From assembly GCF_037042905.1 (NCBI RefSeq), contig NC_087252.1:11038001-11102000 (forward strand): DNA of 64,000 bases. Reading direction: 5' to 3'. Shown in pieces: positions 1 through 11,395 of the stretch. This DNA is from Lytechinus pictus. Taxonomy: Eukaryota. Position 1 is the first letter of the stretch. Each line of letters starts with the position of its first letter. The position numbers and the translations under genes are program-made. Below the pieces are notes generated by a model. That model was not told the origin of the DNA, ran no database searches, and saw only the letters and a program-made list of their open reading frames with translations.

Positions 1-692
1 TGTATATAATTCCAAAAGTGGGTTTTTGATAATAATTGAACTTTATTTTGTTTAAGTAGTGACATTTAACGCAACAAATGTTTTAAATGTACAAAAATCA
101 TGAGCTAAGCATTATTATCCTTTACCGCATCCACCGGCTCCGCCGCCAATGTAACTTCAAACTTAGTGTGCTGTAGTTTTTGTTGCTAATATCGTATGGA
201 TATATTTCTAGCTTCAAAATGATACCTTACACAACAGATTTGGCCATGGGCCTGTGATGTAGCTACAATTTATCCACGGCACTGCGTGAAAGTTTGTTCA
301 TCCGCCACCCTTTTTGCATATACCCACATTATGAAATGCGACCATCTGTAACGCTATTTTGGTTAATGTGAATGTAATAATACCTGGTGAAAAAAATAAA
401 CACACTCAGGCTTTGGTTCAAGAGGACTTTGATACCTTTAACTCATTATCAAGGAGGGAGGACACAGGAACATTCTACTATTTGCACACATGGGGACGCT
501 ACATAAGAGCTAGTAGGCAGGACCAGGTATTGAATGTAATAATTAAATGACCGACAATGATCACCATCATGTTAATAGACCCTATTGTATAGAAAGGAGT
601 GCATGGATTTTTATTCGGTTTGTCGTTTGAATCATTTCTGGTAAACAATATATAACCCCTCTCAACAAAAAATGGTTGTGTCCTTGAGTTGA

Positions 693-709
693 AGGTCAGT
701 TAAGGGTCA
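693..709 (+). promoter_or_regulatory. DR5 nuclear-receptor response element AGGTCA-n5-GGGTCA, about 120 bp upstream of the GST ATG
   Basis: Exact match to RGKTCA-n5-RGKTCA; function untested. Confidence 0.5.
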
Positions 710-827
710 AGTCTACAGACCGTGGCAATGACACAAAACAAACATTACATACACATGTTTTCCACGTAGATCATGTAGAAAGAGGAATGTAATGTTTCTG
801 TGATCTGCCAACCTCGTTGAAATAACA

Positions 828-917
828 ATGGCAGCAAGTAATATTCGGTTGACATACTCCGCTACCCGTGGACTCGCGGAACCTATTCGACTCGCACTGG
901 TTATATCTGGTATAGAG
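828..917 (+). CDS. GST: GST exon 1 (MAASNIRLTYSATRGLAEPIRLALVISGIE)
   Basis: ACAATGG start context, catalytic-position Tyr10, donor GTAATT at 918. Confidence 0.93.
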
Positions 918-3900
918 GTAATTCAATTTGATTATTTATCATTGATAATGATGCAATAATGATGATTTGATTTGACTGATTTATTTATGTTTTTCTACAT
1001 AACAATGTAATATAACATAAAAATAACAAATACATTTTTGACAATAAATCAGACATATATATTGAACATAAAATCAGATGCAGAAGATGAATTGCCATTG
1101 TAAGCAGAAATGCTTGAAACTATGGCAAACCGAAACATAAATCATATTAATTATATAATCTAAGAATTATCAAAGCAAATATAAATTCAATAAAAAGAAA
1201 TAAAATCAAACAAATTAAACACTTGCTATAATATATAACCTTGAAAAAAAAAACGATGATGGTGAAAATGATGACGATGATGATGATAGTGATGGTGATG
1301 ATGGTGATGATGATGATCGTGAAAATGATGATGATGATGATTATGGTGATGATGGTGGTGGTGATGATGGCGATGATGGTGGTGGTGAAAACGATGATGA
1401 TGATGATGGTGATGATGGTGGTGATGATGATGATGATGATGGTGGTGATGATGGTGATGATGATGATGGTGAAAATGATGATGATGATGATGGTGAAAAT
1501 GATGATGATGGTGATTATGGTGATGATGATGGTGATGATGGTGGTGATGATGATGATGATGGTGGTGATGATGGTGATGGTAATGATGATGATGGTGAAA
1601 ATGATGATGATGGTGATGATGGTGATGATGATGATGGTGATCATGATGGTGATGGTGATGATGATGATGATGTTGGAAATAATGAAAATGGTGGTAGTGG
1701 TGGTGCTGGTGGTATAGGGGAAAAGGAATAGGAAATGATTATGACACAGAAAGTTTACCTTGCATATTCCGATCGTAACATGACCTTAAATTCAGATTTA
1801 AATGAGTGTATGAAGCAAGATGATTAAATTGAGTCTGGGAGAAGATTCCAAGGGTCAGGACCACGGTGTCGTACGGATCTCTGGGCAATAAGTAGTAACC
1901 ACCATTACAGGTTAATTCATATTTTCTTAACCCCCCCCCCAAAAAAAAAAAAAATGGTCCGCGAATTTGCAGCTAAACTTGTTCTGAAAATGGAGGCATG
2001 GATTTGCCCCTGGAACGAATCTGGAAATAACGATTGTTGAACGTATAGGTTTCACACCTCTAATTTTAAACGAAACAAAAAACAAAATAAATAATTCGAC
2101 CCAACCCATTCTCAAGATGTTTCAAATTAAAATACATCTAGCAAATTGACAAAAAAATGTATGCATATGATATTTGCCATATCTGATTCTAGGAAGGGTA
2201 ATCTATGAACTTCCTTTGCCCTTTGGAAAGAATTATCTTATGCTTTTTGACAGTAATGACTGTCTGAAAAAATAAGGATATTCTATTGTTTCAGAAGATG
2301 AAAGAGATCGCCTCACGAGATACGTTTTCAGACATGTTCATTTATTTCTGAAATGAGGTGGTTGCAGGGGCGGCAGAGCGATGTTGAATGTGTGGGGGGG
2401 GGCAGGGGAAAAAGGGCACCTTTTCTTTCGAAAACGTCACTGTCGTAAAACAAAGAAACTCACATGACTCGTGAAACTTAAGGCACGTATGATTATTCTT
2501 ACAATATTTTTTTCCTTTATAAGTAGTAACATATGAAAATGAGAATCACGTTTTCTTGTTTTTTTTACCCAAATCGCTTAAAGAATTTGAACGAATTCGC
2601 TAAATATCACTAACAAGGGGAGCGTTTCATAACAGGACCTTTCGGGCGTTTTATCTGACAGGTCCTGTTTTATCCATTAGTTGCCATAGTAACAGTACTC
2701 CTCAGCCAATCAAAATCAAGGAAAATTGTCAGATCTGACAACTTGGATGGAAAATGTTGATGAAACGCTGTCCCATAACACAAAGGTTAGCGATTAATCG
2801 CTAAATGAACTGGCCTATCAAGATCATCGGTGTATGCACATTTTCCTTCAGTAGACTGACCAGGAACCAATCAGAATTGTTCTTTCAAATTAGCGATTAA
2901 TCGCTAACCTTTGCGTAATGGGGCCCTGATCTCCTCAATATCAGTAGTTTCAATAGATTACTGTATAGTTTGAATATTTAACATAGGCCTACTCAACACT
3001 TACCTTTTATCAAAAGGGGAAACTCTGAAAAGAATGACTGTCTCCTCTGATAACTTGACGCATTTCTATTTGATGTCCTGCGTGTGACACGCATGGAACA
3101 TTTCAGTTGCGCGTATTGAACACGCTTACGTTTTCGTCTGCGCAGCGTTTTGTTAGAAAAGCAACAGCCTCGTATATTCCTCGAAATAATTATGTGAAAT
3201 TCATCAATTAACTTTTTTTTCAGAATTATAGAACACTTGTTCCAATTAAAGGACAAGGAATCCCATCAGAACATTAACAGACCGAACATTTTGAACAAAC
3301 TAGAAATGAAAACTTGCTAGAGGCATAAAACGAGTCCTTCTCAGGTATGAAAAAAGGCACATGACAAGTTCGTGAGGGGCACTTTGCTTGGGTAAAAATG
3401 GGCAATGATTCGAGAAAGGGCACTTACAAGAAGGCAAGGGAGCACTTGCTCAGACATAAAACGGTTCCTTCTCAGGTGAAAAGGGCACAGAACACGTTCG
3501 TGAGGGGGCATTTTGGGAAGATAAAAAGTGGCACTCATACGACATAGGGGTTCGTGAGGGGGAATTTTGGGAAGATAAAAAGTGGCACTCATACGACAAA
3601 GGGCACTTGAAACACCTAAAACGGATCCTCTACTGATGAAAGGGACACAGTAGACGTTTGTGATGGGCATTTTTCTTGCGTAAAAAGGTCACTTTTCCAG
3701 TGCTTCAAAAAGTGTGGGGGAGGCACTGTACCCCCCAGGATCACCGCCCTTGGATAATTGCTTGTTTGCTGTTGTGTGTTTTACGGGGGGGGGGGGTGGT
3801 TAAGACATATCATTTGGCATGCACGATCCTCCCTATTTGCCATTAATCTGTATTTGTTCTTTTCGTTGCAGTTTACTGATAATTACCTAAGAACCAGAGA

Positions 3901-6900
3901 TGATATGGTCAAGTTAGTGGAAGGTAATCATATTTGTTAAGGGGCATCAACTTAATTAAGCTTATACACGGGTAGACTATACAGTTCGTATCAAAAAAAA
4001 GTTTACACTTTGAAAAAGCCCTGGGAATTTAAAAATATACAACATGTGGGTAATTTTTTCACATATAATCTTGGGTTTGGGTCTCATCTATCCAATGAAA
4101 GTTAAAGTTTTGACAGAATGTTACACTTGAGTGAGCACTGTCCATTTTTGTAAAGCTCGCAGAAATCTGTTTGCGCAGAAATGCTCATTTTCACGCTGTG
4201 TCAAAGGGAAAGGGCAAAATCAAACTTACCCTGCGAACATTTCTCATACATTTCCCTTGCACTTTTAGTCAATTGAAACAATTGAATTCAAGTATTTTGT
4301 AACAATTTTGCCACCCAAATTGAAATTTCAACACTTAATAGGCGCAACCTTTACCCTTTTTGTGCCAGCTGGATCTGAAGACATAACTGAATCTGAAAAA
4401 AAATTATGTCAGACATCTCCAGCATTTTTTCACTAAGTTTTTATCATTTAAAGTGGGTTTACATTTCATTTTTCATTTAATACTTGTTTCTCCACACTTT
4501 TCCCGAGCTTGACGATGAATAACAAAATGAAAATCAAGCCTAAGCCATTTCATGTAAATCACAGTTCAATGTAAAGCAAATATCGTCACGATGGCCTCGG
4601 TGTGTGGGGGAGTTGGGTGGGGTGCAATGCACTCTTCGAAGTGTTTTGGGCAAGGAAACAAGTTAAAAGGGGTATAAGATATCTTCAAATAAATTTTACT
4701 AGATAATTCCACATGTTCTTCATGATTAAGGTCTGCTTTTATTCGCATAACCAGTCAGTCCGCAAGCCCCTGTGTTAATGAGCAAATGAGCAAGATTTAT
4801 CCAAGTCCTCTCGTGGCTGAATTCATGTCCCTGCAAAATCTCGTGAATTGTGAGACTTTCTTTCTCAAAGAATTTAACCACTTTCTCCTTGAGTAATATT
4901 GATTATTTTTGTACCATGGGCAAGAGTAAATGTTACTCTTTTATATTGGTCATTTCTTTTTAATGAAATATTTTGATAAATAAGTTAATTTTTTACGTGA
5001 AAAGATGCATCAAACAGAATTTTCTTCCTCTGTTTTCACTTGCAAATTGTGCAACATTATGTGTTTTAGGCACCAACATTATTTATATCATCAGAAAGCT
5101 CAAACTCTATACTTTCTTCCAATGTCACTCTTGATATGTGGCATCTTTTAGATGGGTCAGCAGCCAGCTTTTTCCATCAAGATGCAAGACGAGATTTCTG
5201 AAATTTCTGAGTAACATAAATTCCAGAGTTCTGATTGGCTGAATACTGTTTTCAAAACAAACAGGCGCGGGTAATTTGAAGAGATTACCACATGGTGAGT
5301 GTGACTTTGCAGAGGCCCAGTGTGGGGAACATTGAAATTTGCGTGGGTGTGAGGTCTCTATGACCAATCAGAGCGCAGTATTCTTGTTTTTGAGCTGCAA
5401 AATGTACTTGGCCTATGAAAAGCTGGCTGCTGACCCATCTAAAATACATCTTCTTATAAAAATTATATCATATTAAAGCTTAGATCTTCAGCTTTATCAT
5501 GATATAAAAATCATTTGTGCCCAAACAGAAATTAAGTGTGAAAACAACAACTTTTGTTGCATGAAAAAAAATATTTTGTTTCATGTTTTAGATCAAAAGT
5601 TTTTCCTATATTACAACATTTTTTTAAATATCCGAACACATGACCTGAAAGAATGATTCTTCTTCTTTACAAAGATACCAAGAACATGAAATTTGGTCAA
5701 TATTTAGAGCAGCAATGGCCGAATAAAAAGAGGTGTTTTGGTTCGCACCAAGCTCATTAACTATGCAAAAACCCTCTAGTCATGAATATCACTTGGATAA
5801 AAGAAGCTACTTTTTCAGGGCTTGCAGACTGACTGTAACTATTTCAAAGTTCTGCGCAAATCATTTTTCACCTACTTTTCAAAAGTACAGTGTAAGTGGT
5901 GCTCACTCAAGCGGAAATATTTTTCGACAGTTATATCGTCAAATGCTTAAATGGATCTGTACCAATGATAAAATGTGGAAAAAATCTTCAGGATATTACA
6001 AATGTATAATTTTACAGGATTTTTCCTAAGTGTAAACTTTTTTTTTATACGCACTGTATAGTGAAGATGAAAGACCTAAAGGGAAGTTCACCCTGACAAA
6101 AGAACATTGTAAAAATAGCAGAAATATAATACAAAAACATATTTGTACAGATTTGAGAAAAATCCATCAAAGATTAAGAAGGTTATTAGAATTTAATGTT
6201 TTGTTTTGTGACATCATATACAAAGAGCTGCCACATTTGTTATATAATATAAAATGCATGAATGAAAACAAAATGATGGTTCGTGATGACTCGTGTTTTT
6301 ATTACTTTCGGGAGCGCGTGTGAAAGGATTTGACTAATGATATACTGACGGTACAACAAAAACTGGTTCATTTTGCCCCCGACGAAGATTCTGCTAGGAT
6401 CGAAAGCTTAGGCCCCTTTTGACTCTCTAAAATGATTTCCCCTTAGACATCAATGTACGTCACTAGATATTGTGCATTTGGAAAAATGTTTCTGCAACAT
6501 CCGGCCACTTTCTACTCGTGTAGTCTGTTTTTCTTGTTTCATTGATTAGTGAGTGATAAATGTGTTCCAGGGGGTGCTGCCTATGGAGAATAATACACGC
6601 CGCACTCCCGCTTCCCAGGGCCATGGCCAGCACCCCTTTTGAGAAAAGCGTTTTCAGACCTCTGCCTCTCTCAGAAGGCCTATAATTTTTCTATTATTTT
6701 CATGTTGTTTTAATTTCCCTTTAAGCGTTTTTCTTGCATAACAATCTATCCTTCTGTCCGCCCCTTGGGTTTGTTTCCGCGCAAAATCTTGCCTGATGAA
6801 AGTTATTATGAAACGAGCCCGAGGGTCGGGTTTGGAAACTGACTAATTGTGAAAAATGGCTGCCAAGAAAGAATATAACAGAGCTGGTGAAAAGGCAATT

Positions 6901-9584
6901 ACCCACAGGTCCTAGTATTAAATAATGTAATAAATGGAGAACGAAGGCTGATAATTATCTGGAATTAGAAAAAAAAGAACAGTGTATATAATAAAAAACC
7001 CATTTTATTTTTTATGTCTTCATTGTTCATAACAAAAAAGGAGATAAAATAAATTGAGATAAGATGAAATGAAAACAAAAGAAAGAAAACAGATTGAATA
7101 ACTTTAAGAAGAGAGGAATTTTGTAACATGAGAAATTCTTCATCTTTTCAATTGCTTTTAGGTGGAAATTTGATGTTTAAGCAGGTACCTCTGTTGGAGA
7201 TCGACGGGTTAAATCTTATTGGATCTGAAGCTATCCTCCGCTACGTTTGCCACAAAGGTGGACTCGATGGAAAAACAGACGAAGAGAAAGTGAAGTAAGC
7301 AAGTTTGGAGGTGTTACGGATGGGGGGGGGGGGGGGGGGGAGCGGCGACCGTGCCCTCTCCTGAGAGAAAATTAGGGTTTATTTTCAATTGGTATACTGC
7401 CAATTCGTCCAATAACCAACTCGGCTAACTTATCATTTGGTCTACCATCAGTTCGTTCCCTATCCACATGGTCTAATTACCATTTGTCCACTCACCATTT
7501 TGACCTGTTAGCAGTTGGTCCTATGGCCATTTAGTCCATATACCATTCGGTTAAATTGGACTAAGTGTTAATTGGGCGAAATGAATGAAAATCGGGCAAT
7601 TAAACCAAAATTATGCACTGCTTCTGAGTTTTGCACTGACACTAGTCCATACTTTATATCAGACCACTTTAAATTAATAAATTTTGACATTTTTACCAAT
7701 TTTTTCACTGTTCCTGCAGTCAGATTTCTTGGAAAATACCATATTTTCAATTCTTATACATGAACAAAGGTCTGAGGAAAAAAAATCATACTTTTGTCCA
7801 CAGTGTCCACAACTGGGGTATTTTTACACTAACAGACCAGACTATCTGGTAAAGACACACTGATAAATATTTTCAAAAAATATATAAATTGCATATTATA
7901 GTTTCGGTTAGAAAATTGAACTTATTTCTCACCAAATGTGAAAAAGGGGGAAAATAAACAAAATTAATATTTTTGTATATATTCTATACAACTTAATTCT
8001 ACTACATTTTAACCCAATCAAACTCTCTATTCGATCCTTTAATCCGACTGACCATACTCAATGTAACTCATGTTCTATATCCCGCCGTTCCCCAACCCCC
8101 TGGTGCTATATATCAGAATTGACATGCTGTCTATGGGAGCGAAAGACATGGTGTTCCACAACGTCATATATTCCCGGTTTCACGAAATCCTGATATCAAA
8201 GGAGAAAGCCGAAGAAGATATCCGAACCGCCATCAAGGAATGCAAGAACCGATACCTCCCGGTTTTTGAGAAGGTAAATAATTAAGTGCCTCCTTTTAGT
8301 CAACATTCAGAATTGGGTGATCATTATGGAGTAATTGTCCTCTGGATATTATTATCCGGGTAGAAATGGTGCAAAAATTATACACGACCAAGCGAAGGTT
8401 TCACATTTGTAAAGCTAGGACACTTTTTTAGAATGATGAAGGGACGTAAAGTGTACTTGAACCTATAAGGTGGATCGATAAGTGTGTTTTTATCTGGAAG
8501 GGGGGGGGGAGGGGTAATGATGTACCAATACCTTCTACAAAGCAATTATAAACATTCAAGGAGGTCAACATTCACCACCACAAGAAATTTGACCTGGTCC
8601 CCCCCCCCCCTCCTCTCTCTCTCTATTTATACCCCTCCCTCGATCCACCTCTCTCTCCCCCTTTTTTTATATATCATTTACAGGTATTGTCGGAGAGTAA
8701 ATCTGGTTTCTTCGTTGGTGAATCCCTTACTATGGCTGATATCATGCTATTCGATGCGCTGAGCTGCGTCAACGAGATACCCGAATTTAAAGAAATCCGA
8801 CTAATGGACGAGTACCCGCTCTGTGTGGTAGGTTACCCGGTTAGGCATGTCGTTTTTTTTTCATATTTTTTTACAATTATAATTAAGGTTGGTACGAATC
8901 AAACGTGTTTTTCCCCCTTTTTTCTTTGTCCCTTTTTTTTATATTTATTTTTACTATCTTATGTAGCGCGATTGCATATCATTAGTTGTTAGATGTTGCA
9001 GTTTTAATTGAAGCCAGCAAGGGCATGGGGACAATTCTTAAAGGAAAGAGTGGTGCTGTTTCTTTTTTTTTTGGGGGGGGGGGGGGGTGACAACAAGCCA
9101 AACTAAACAAACACCATACCCAATGAAAATGATTTTGGTCAGCGGAAAGAAATTGACAATTAAAAAAAAGGATAATTTTACTACCACTGATACCACTGAA
9201 GGTGACTTGGATCAATTCTTTTTTTTCATTATATTTTACTCCCCAGCATGCACCCCCCTCCCCAGCAGCATTAGTACGATCTTATAATCATACGCATCCT
9301 CCCACCCCACCCCCTCCTCATTTTCCTATTCGGTCCGACTCGCTTATATTTTCCTCTCATTATTTTGATCTCTCATTCAAAATCTTATTTCAGTTATCTG
9401 TCTTATTTTTCTTTTTTTCTATCACTCCATTTTACAATTAATTTTTTTTTCTCAGGCGTTCATTGATCACTTCTCCAACCAACCGAGGCTTAAGGAATAC
9501 CTCAGAAGTGAGAGGCGCCATACTGTTATTGACCTTGAACAAGCAGCTTATGCCTCCCGGGTAATGGGCTGGCTACCATCTTAA
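828..9584 (+). CDS. GST: Cytosolic glutathione S-transferase, alpha-like gene structure; join(828..917,3872..3923,7162..7294,8117..8273,8684..8827,9456..9584), 705 nt, 234 aa
   Basis: All introns are GT-AG and phases are consistent. Motifs: LTY..RGLAEPIR, LMFKQVP.LEIDG, FFVGESLTMADI (N-cap box) and a C-terminal extension. The 52- and 133-nt exons match vertebrate GSTA exon sizes. Confidence 0.95.
1255..1712. repeat. Compound (GAT/GGT)n microsatellite in GST intron 1
   Basis: Seen directly. Confidence 0.97.
2617..2928. mobile_element. Two abutting short palindromic MITEs (Harbinger-like, CWG target)
   Basis: GGGGAGCGTTTCAT...ATGAAACGCT followed by CCCATAACACAAAGGTTAGCGATTAATCG...CGATTAATCGCTAACCTTTGCGTAATGGGGCCC. 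Confidence 0.75.
3872..3923 (+). CDS. GST: GST exon 2 (FTDNYLRTRDDMVKLVE)
   Basis: Pyrimidine tract plus TTGCAG acceptor, donor GTAATC, 52 nt, phase 0 to 1. Confidence 0.9.
3982..6056. mobile_element. Non-autonomous Tc1/mariner-like DNA transposon (about 2.1 kb) in GST intron 2
   Basis: TIRs CAGT(T/G)CGTAT.AAAAAAAAGTTTACACTT at both ends with TA duplication; diverged inverted similarity extends about 200 bp; no transposase ORF. Confidence 0.85.
6375..6413 (+). ncRNA. Degenerate minimal hammerhead-ribozyme-like motif, probably a Penelope-like element end
   Basis: GCC..CCGACGA-A-GATTC(tgcta)GGATC-GAAA-GCTTA-GGC; the core carries U4>C. Confidence 0.45.
7162..7294 (+). CDS. GST: GST exon 3 (GGNLMFKQVPLLEIDGLNLIGSEAILRYVCHKGGLDGKTDEEKV)
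   Basis: TTTTAG acceptor, GTAAGC donor, 133 nt, cis-Pro QVP motif. Confidence 0.95.
8117..8273 (+). CDS. GST: GST exon 4 (IDMLSMGAKDMV...KNRYLPVFEK)
   Basis: ATCAG acceptor, GTAAAT donor, alpha-like IDM and NRY.PVFEK motifs. Confidence 0.93.
8684..8827 (+). CDS. GST: GST exon 5 (VLSESKSGFFVGESLTMADIMLFD...EYPLCV)
   Basis: TTACAG acceptor, GTAGGT donor, GST N-capping motif T-M-A-D. Confidence 0.93.
9456..9584 (+). CDS. GST: GST exon 6 (AFIDHFSNQPRLKEYLRSERRH...SRVMGWLPS*)
   Basis: T-rich CTCAG acceptor, P.LKEYL motif, TAA at 9582-9584. Confidence 0.92.
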   Translation, partial: AFIDHFSNQPRLKEYLRSERRHTVIDLEQAAYASRVMGWLPS

Positions 9585-9603
9585 GATATCTAAGAACAAC
9601 CAG

Positions 9604-10042
9604 GGGGGCGTTTCATGAAAGGACTTGTCGGACGTTTTATCCGACAAGTCCCACTTTATCCGACAGTTACCATAGTAACAGTACCTCTCAGCCAATCAAC
9701 ATCACAGAAAGATGTCAGATCTGACAACTTGTCAGATGAAAATGTTGATGAAACGCCCCCCAGGGCCCCGGCCCCCGTTTTACCAAGAAAATTAAAATGC
9801 GATTGATCTGATCAACCACAACTTTGATACGCCATCAACGTCAGCATATAAATTGTACCTTTGTTCAAAATGCTTTCTATGTTTGATGCATAAATTCACC
9901 GAGTTATTGACAATTCATTATGCTCCTATTTATTTACAAAAAGACATTGTGCAAATTTCCTGAAGGAAAATTTATGACAGTGATGGATTTCCATGTAGTT
10001 TTGGTTGATCGGATCGATCGCAACTATTTGTAAGAAGGGGCC
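9604..10042. mobile_element. Two chained MITEs starting 20 bp after the GST stop codon
   Basis: CAG|GGGGGCGTTTCAT...ATGAAACGCCCCC|CAG|GGCCCC...GGGGCC|CTG. Confidence 0.82.
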
Positions 10043-10930
10043 CTGGTATGTTTATCATTGGTGCGGATTTTAAATCATAGAAAATGATTCAGGTGCTTTT
10101 AACTCTTTTATACCTCTTTCCACGCTGAAGCTGCAAATCTAGGAGATAAAAAGGAGAATGGTTTTTATAGATTCTTTGAATCTAGATATGGATATTGCAC
10201 CAAATTAATGATGTTGCCCTAGAACTATATCGTCTTTATTACCTTATCCAATATACTTATACTAGCCTATCTGTTACGACAATGAATATTACGAATTGAC
10301 AAAAAATTGGAACATTGCATTTGTACCAATCGGTAATCAAATCAACAGTTTAAGGCTGTTTACCTTCAGTACATAAACTATTATTGAGTTGTAAATTTCA
10401 TTTAAAGGATACACCCCCTCCTTTCCGCCAAATATATACAATTGCTTCGGCTCAGTGTATAAATTTATATGAAGTCAACATTTTCTTCACCTTCCAACAA
10501 CACGACATTTAGCCCGTTTCATTTAACCTGTGATAAGTTTGCCAAAATAGTATAAAACTACTAGAATCATTCACTTGGATTGACTGGTAGAAGTTATAGA
10601 AACTGATTTTTCCCCCAGTTTTTCCGCATCGCAGAAAGCTAGGTGTTCAATGCTAAATTTTCTCCATAGCGTGGCACAAAGCAGTACAACAACAATAAAC
10701 ACCATGCTTAAAATTTTTACAAGTATTTTCACGTTTCTATCGTTGTTGATTTTTGTCATGAACTGAAGCCCAGTGCAGAGAGAGAGATGATGTAAAACTA
10801 TAAAAAAAAACAATAGAGTGCAGAAGCCAAAAATCAGAGGCATGATGACTTGTGCCCAATACTTTTTCAGTTGTGTTTAAAGGCAAATTTCATTTGCAGA
10901 ATGCTCCTGGTATGGATTGGCCTGTATCTT

Positions 10931-11106
10931 CAGGGGTGTGAGTGGTCACAAATAAAAAGATCTGAAAAAAGCTGAAGGGTGTTGAAAAAGTCTGAAATAG
11001 AAAGAGCTCCCATACTTTTTGTACAGAGGAAAGCCAAAAATAGGCTGAAATTGAGCTGAAAAAAAAACCCCTGAAATGGCTAAAAATCTGAACTCTCACA
11101 CCCCTG
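10931..11106. mobile_element. hAT-like MITE
   Basis: CAGGGGTGTGAG...CTCACACCCCTG, flanking duplication TATCTT (8 bp GTATCTTC if the terminal base is counted). Confidence 0.8.
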
Positions 11107-11207
11107 TATCTTCTATTTGTATTACTTTCTCTCTCCTCATATCCAATGCTCTCTACCCCTCTCTTTCCTAGTCTGTATTTTTCTGTTTCTTTCCCTCTCT
11201 TGCTTAA

Positions 11208-11395
11208 GGCGGGGTTACACCGGAACCGAATCAGCTGCGAATCCATCCGAAAGCATTGGTTTCGGGACTATTCTGTGCTCCCTCTGCGAATGCGAGGAAT
11301 TCAGGAAGGATTCGGGAACATTCGAAACCATCTGAATTCAGCTAGAATCAGTCCAAATTTAGTCGGGAGAATTCGTTTTTTGTGTAACCTTGGCT
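11208..11395. mobile_element. Harbinger-like MITE
   Basis: TAA|GGCGGGGTTACAC...GTGTAACCTTGGCT|TTA. Confidence 0.55.

Noticed and set aside
1147..1717. Long Ile/Thr- and Met/Val-rich ORFs (also 25149-25469 and 27248-27454)
   Set aside because: Translations of trinucleotide microsatellites in introns
2366..3752. Single hAT-like element from CAGGGGCGG to CCGCCCTTG with AGGGCAC repeats
   Set aside because: Ends are suggestive but no TSD is found and the interior is interrupted; boundaries cannot be supported
6788..6830. Second hammerhead-like CTGATGA...GAAAC...GTC
   Set aside because: Helices I and II cannot pair convincingly; probably chance
7800..7830. CACAGTG RSS/Transib-like heptamer
   Set aside because: No nonamer at 12 or 23 bp spacing and no matching opposite terminus
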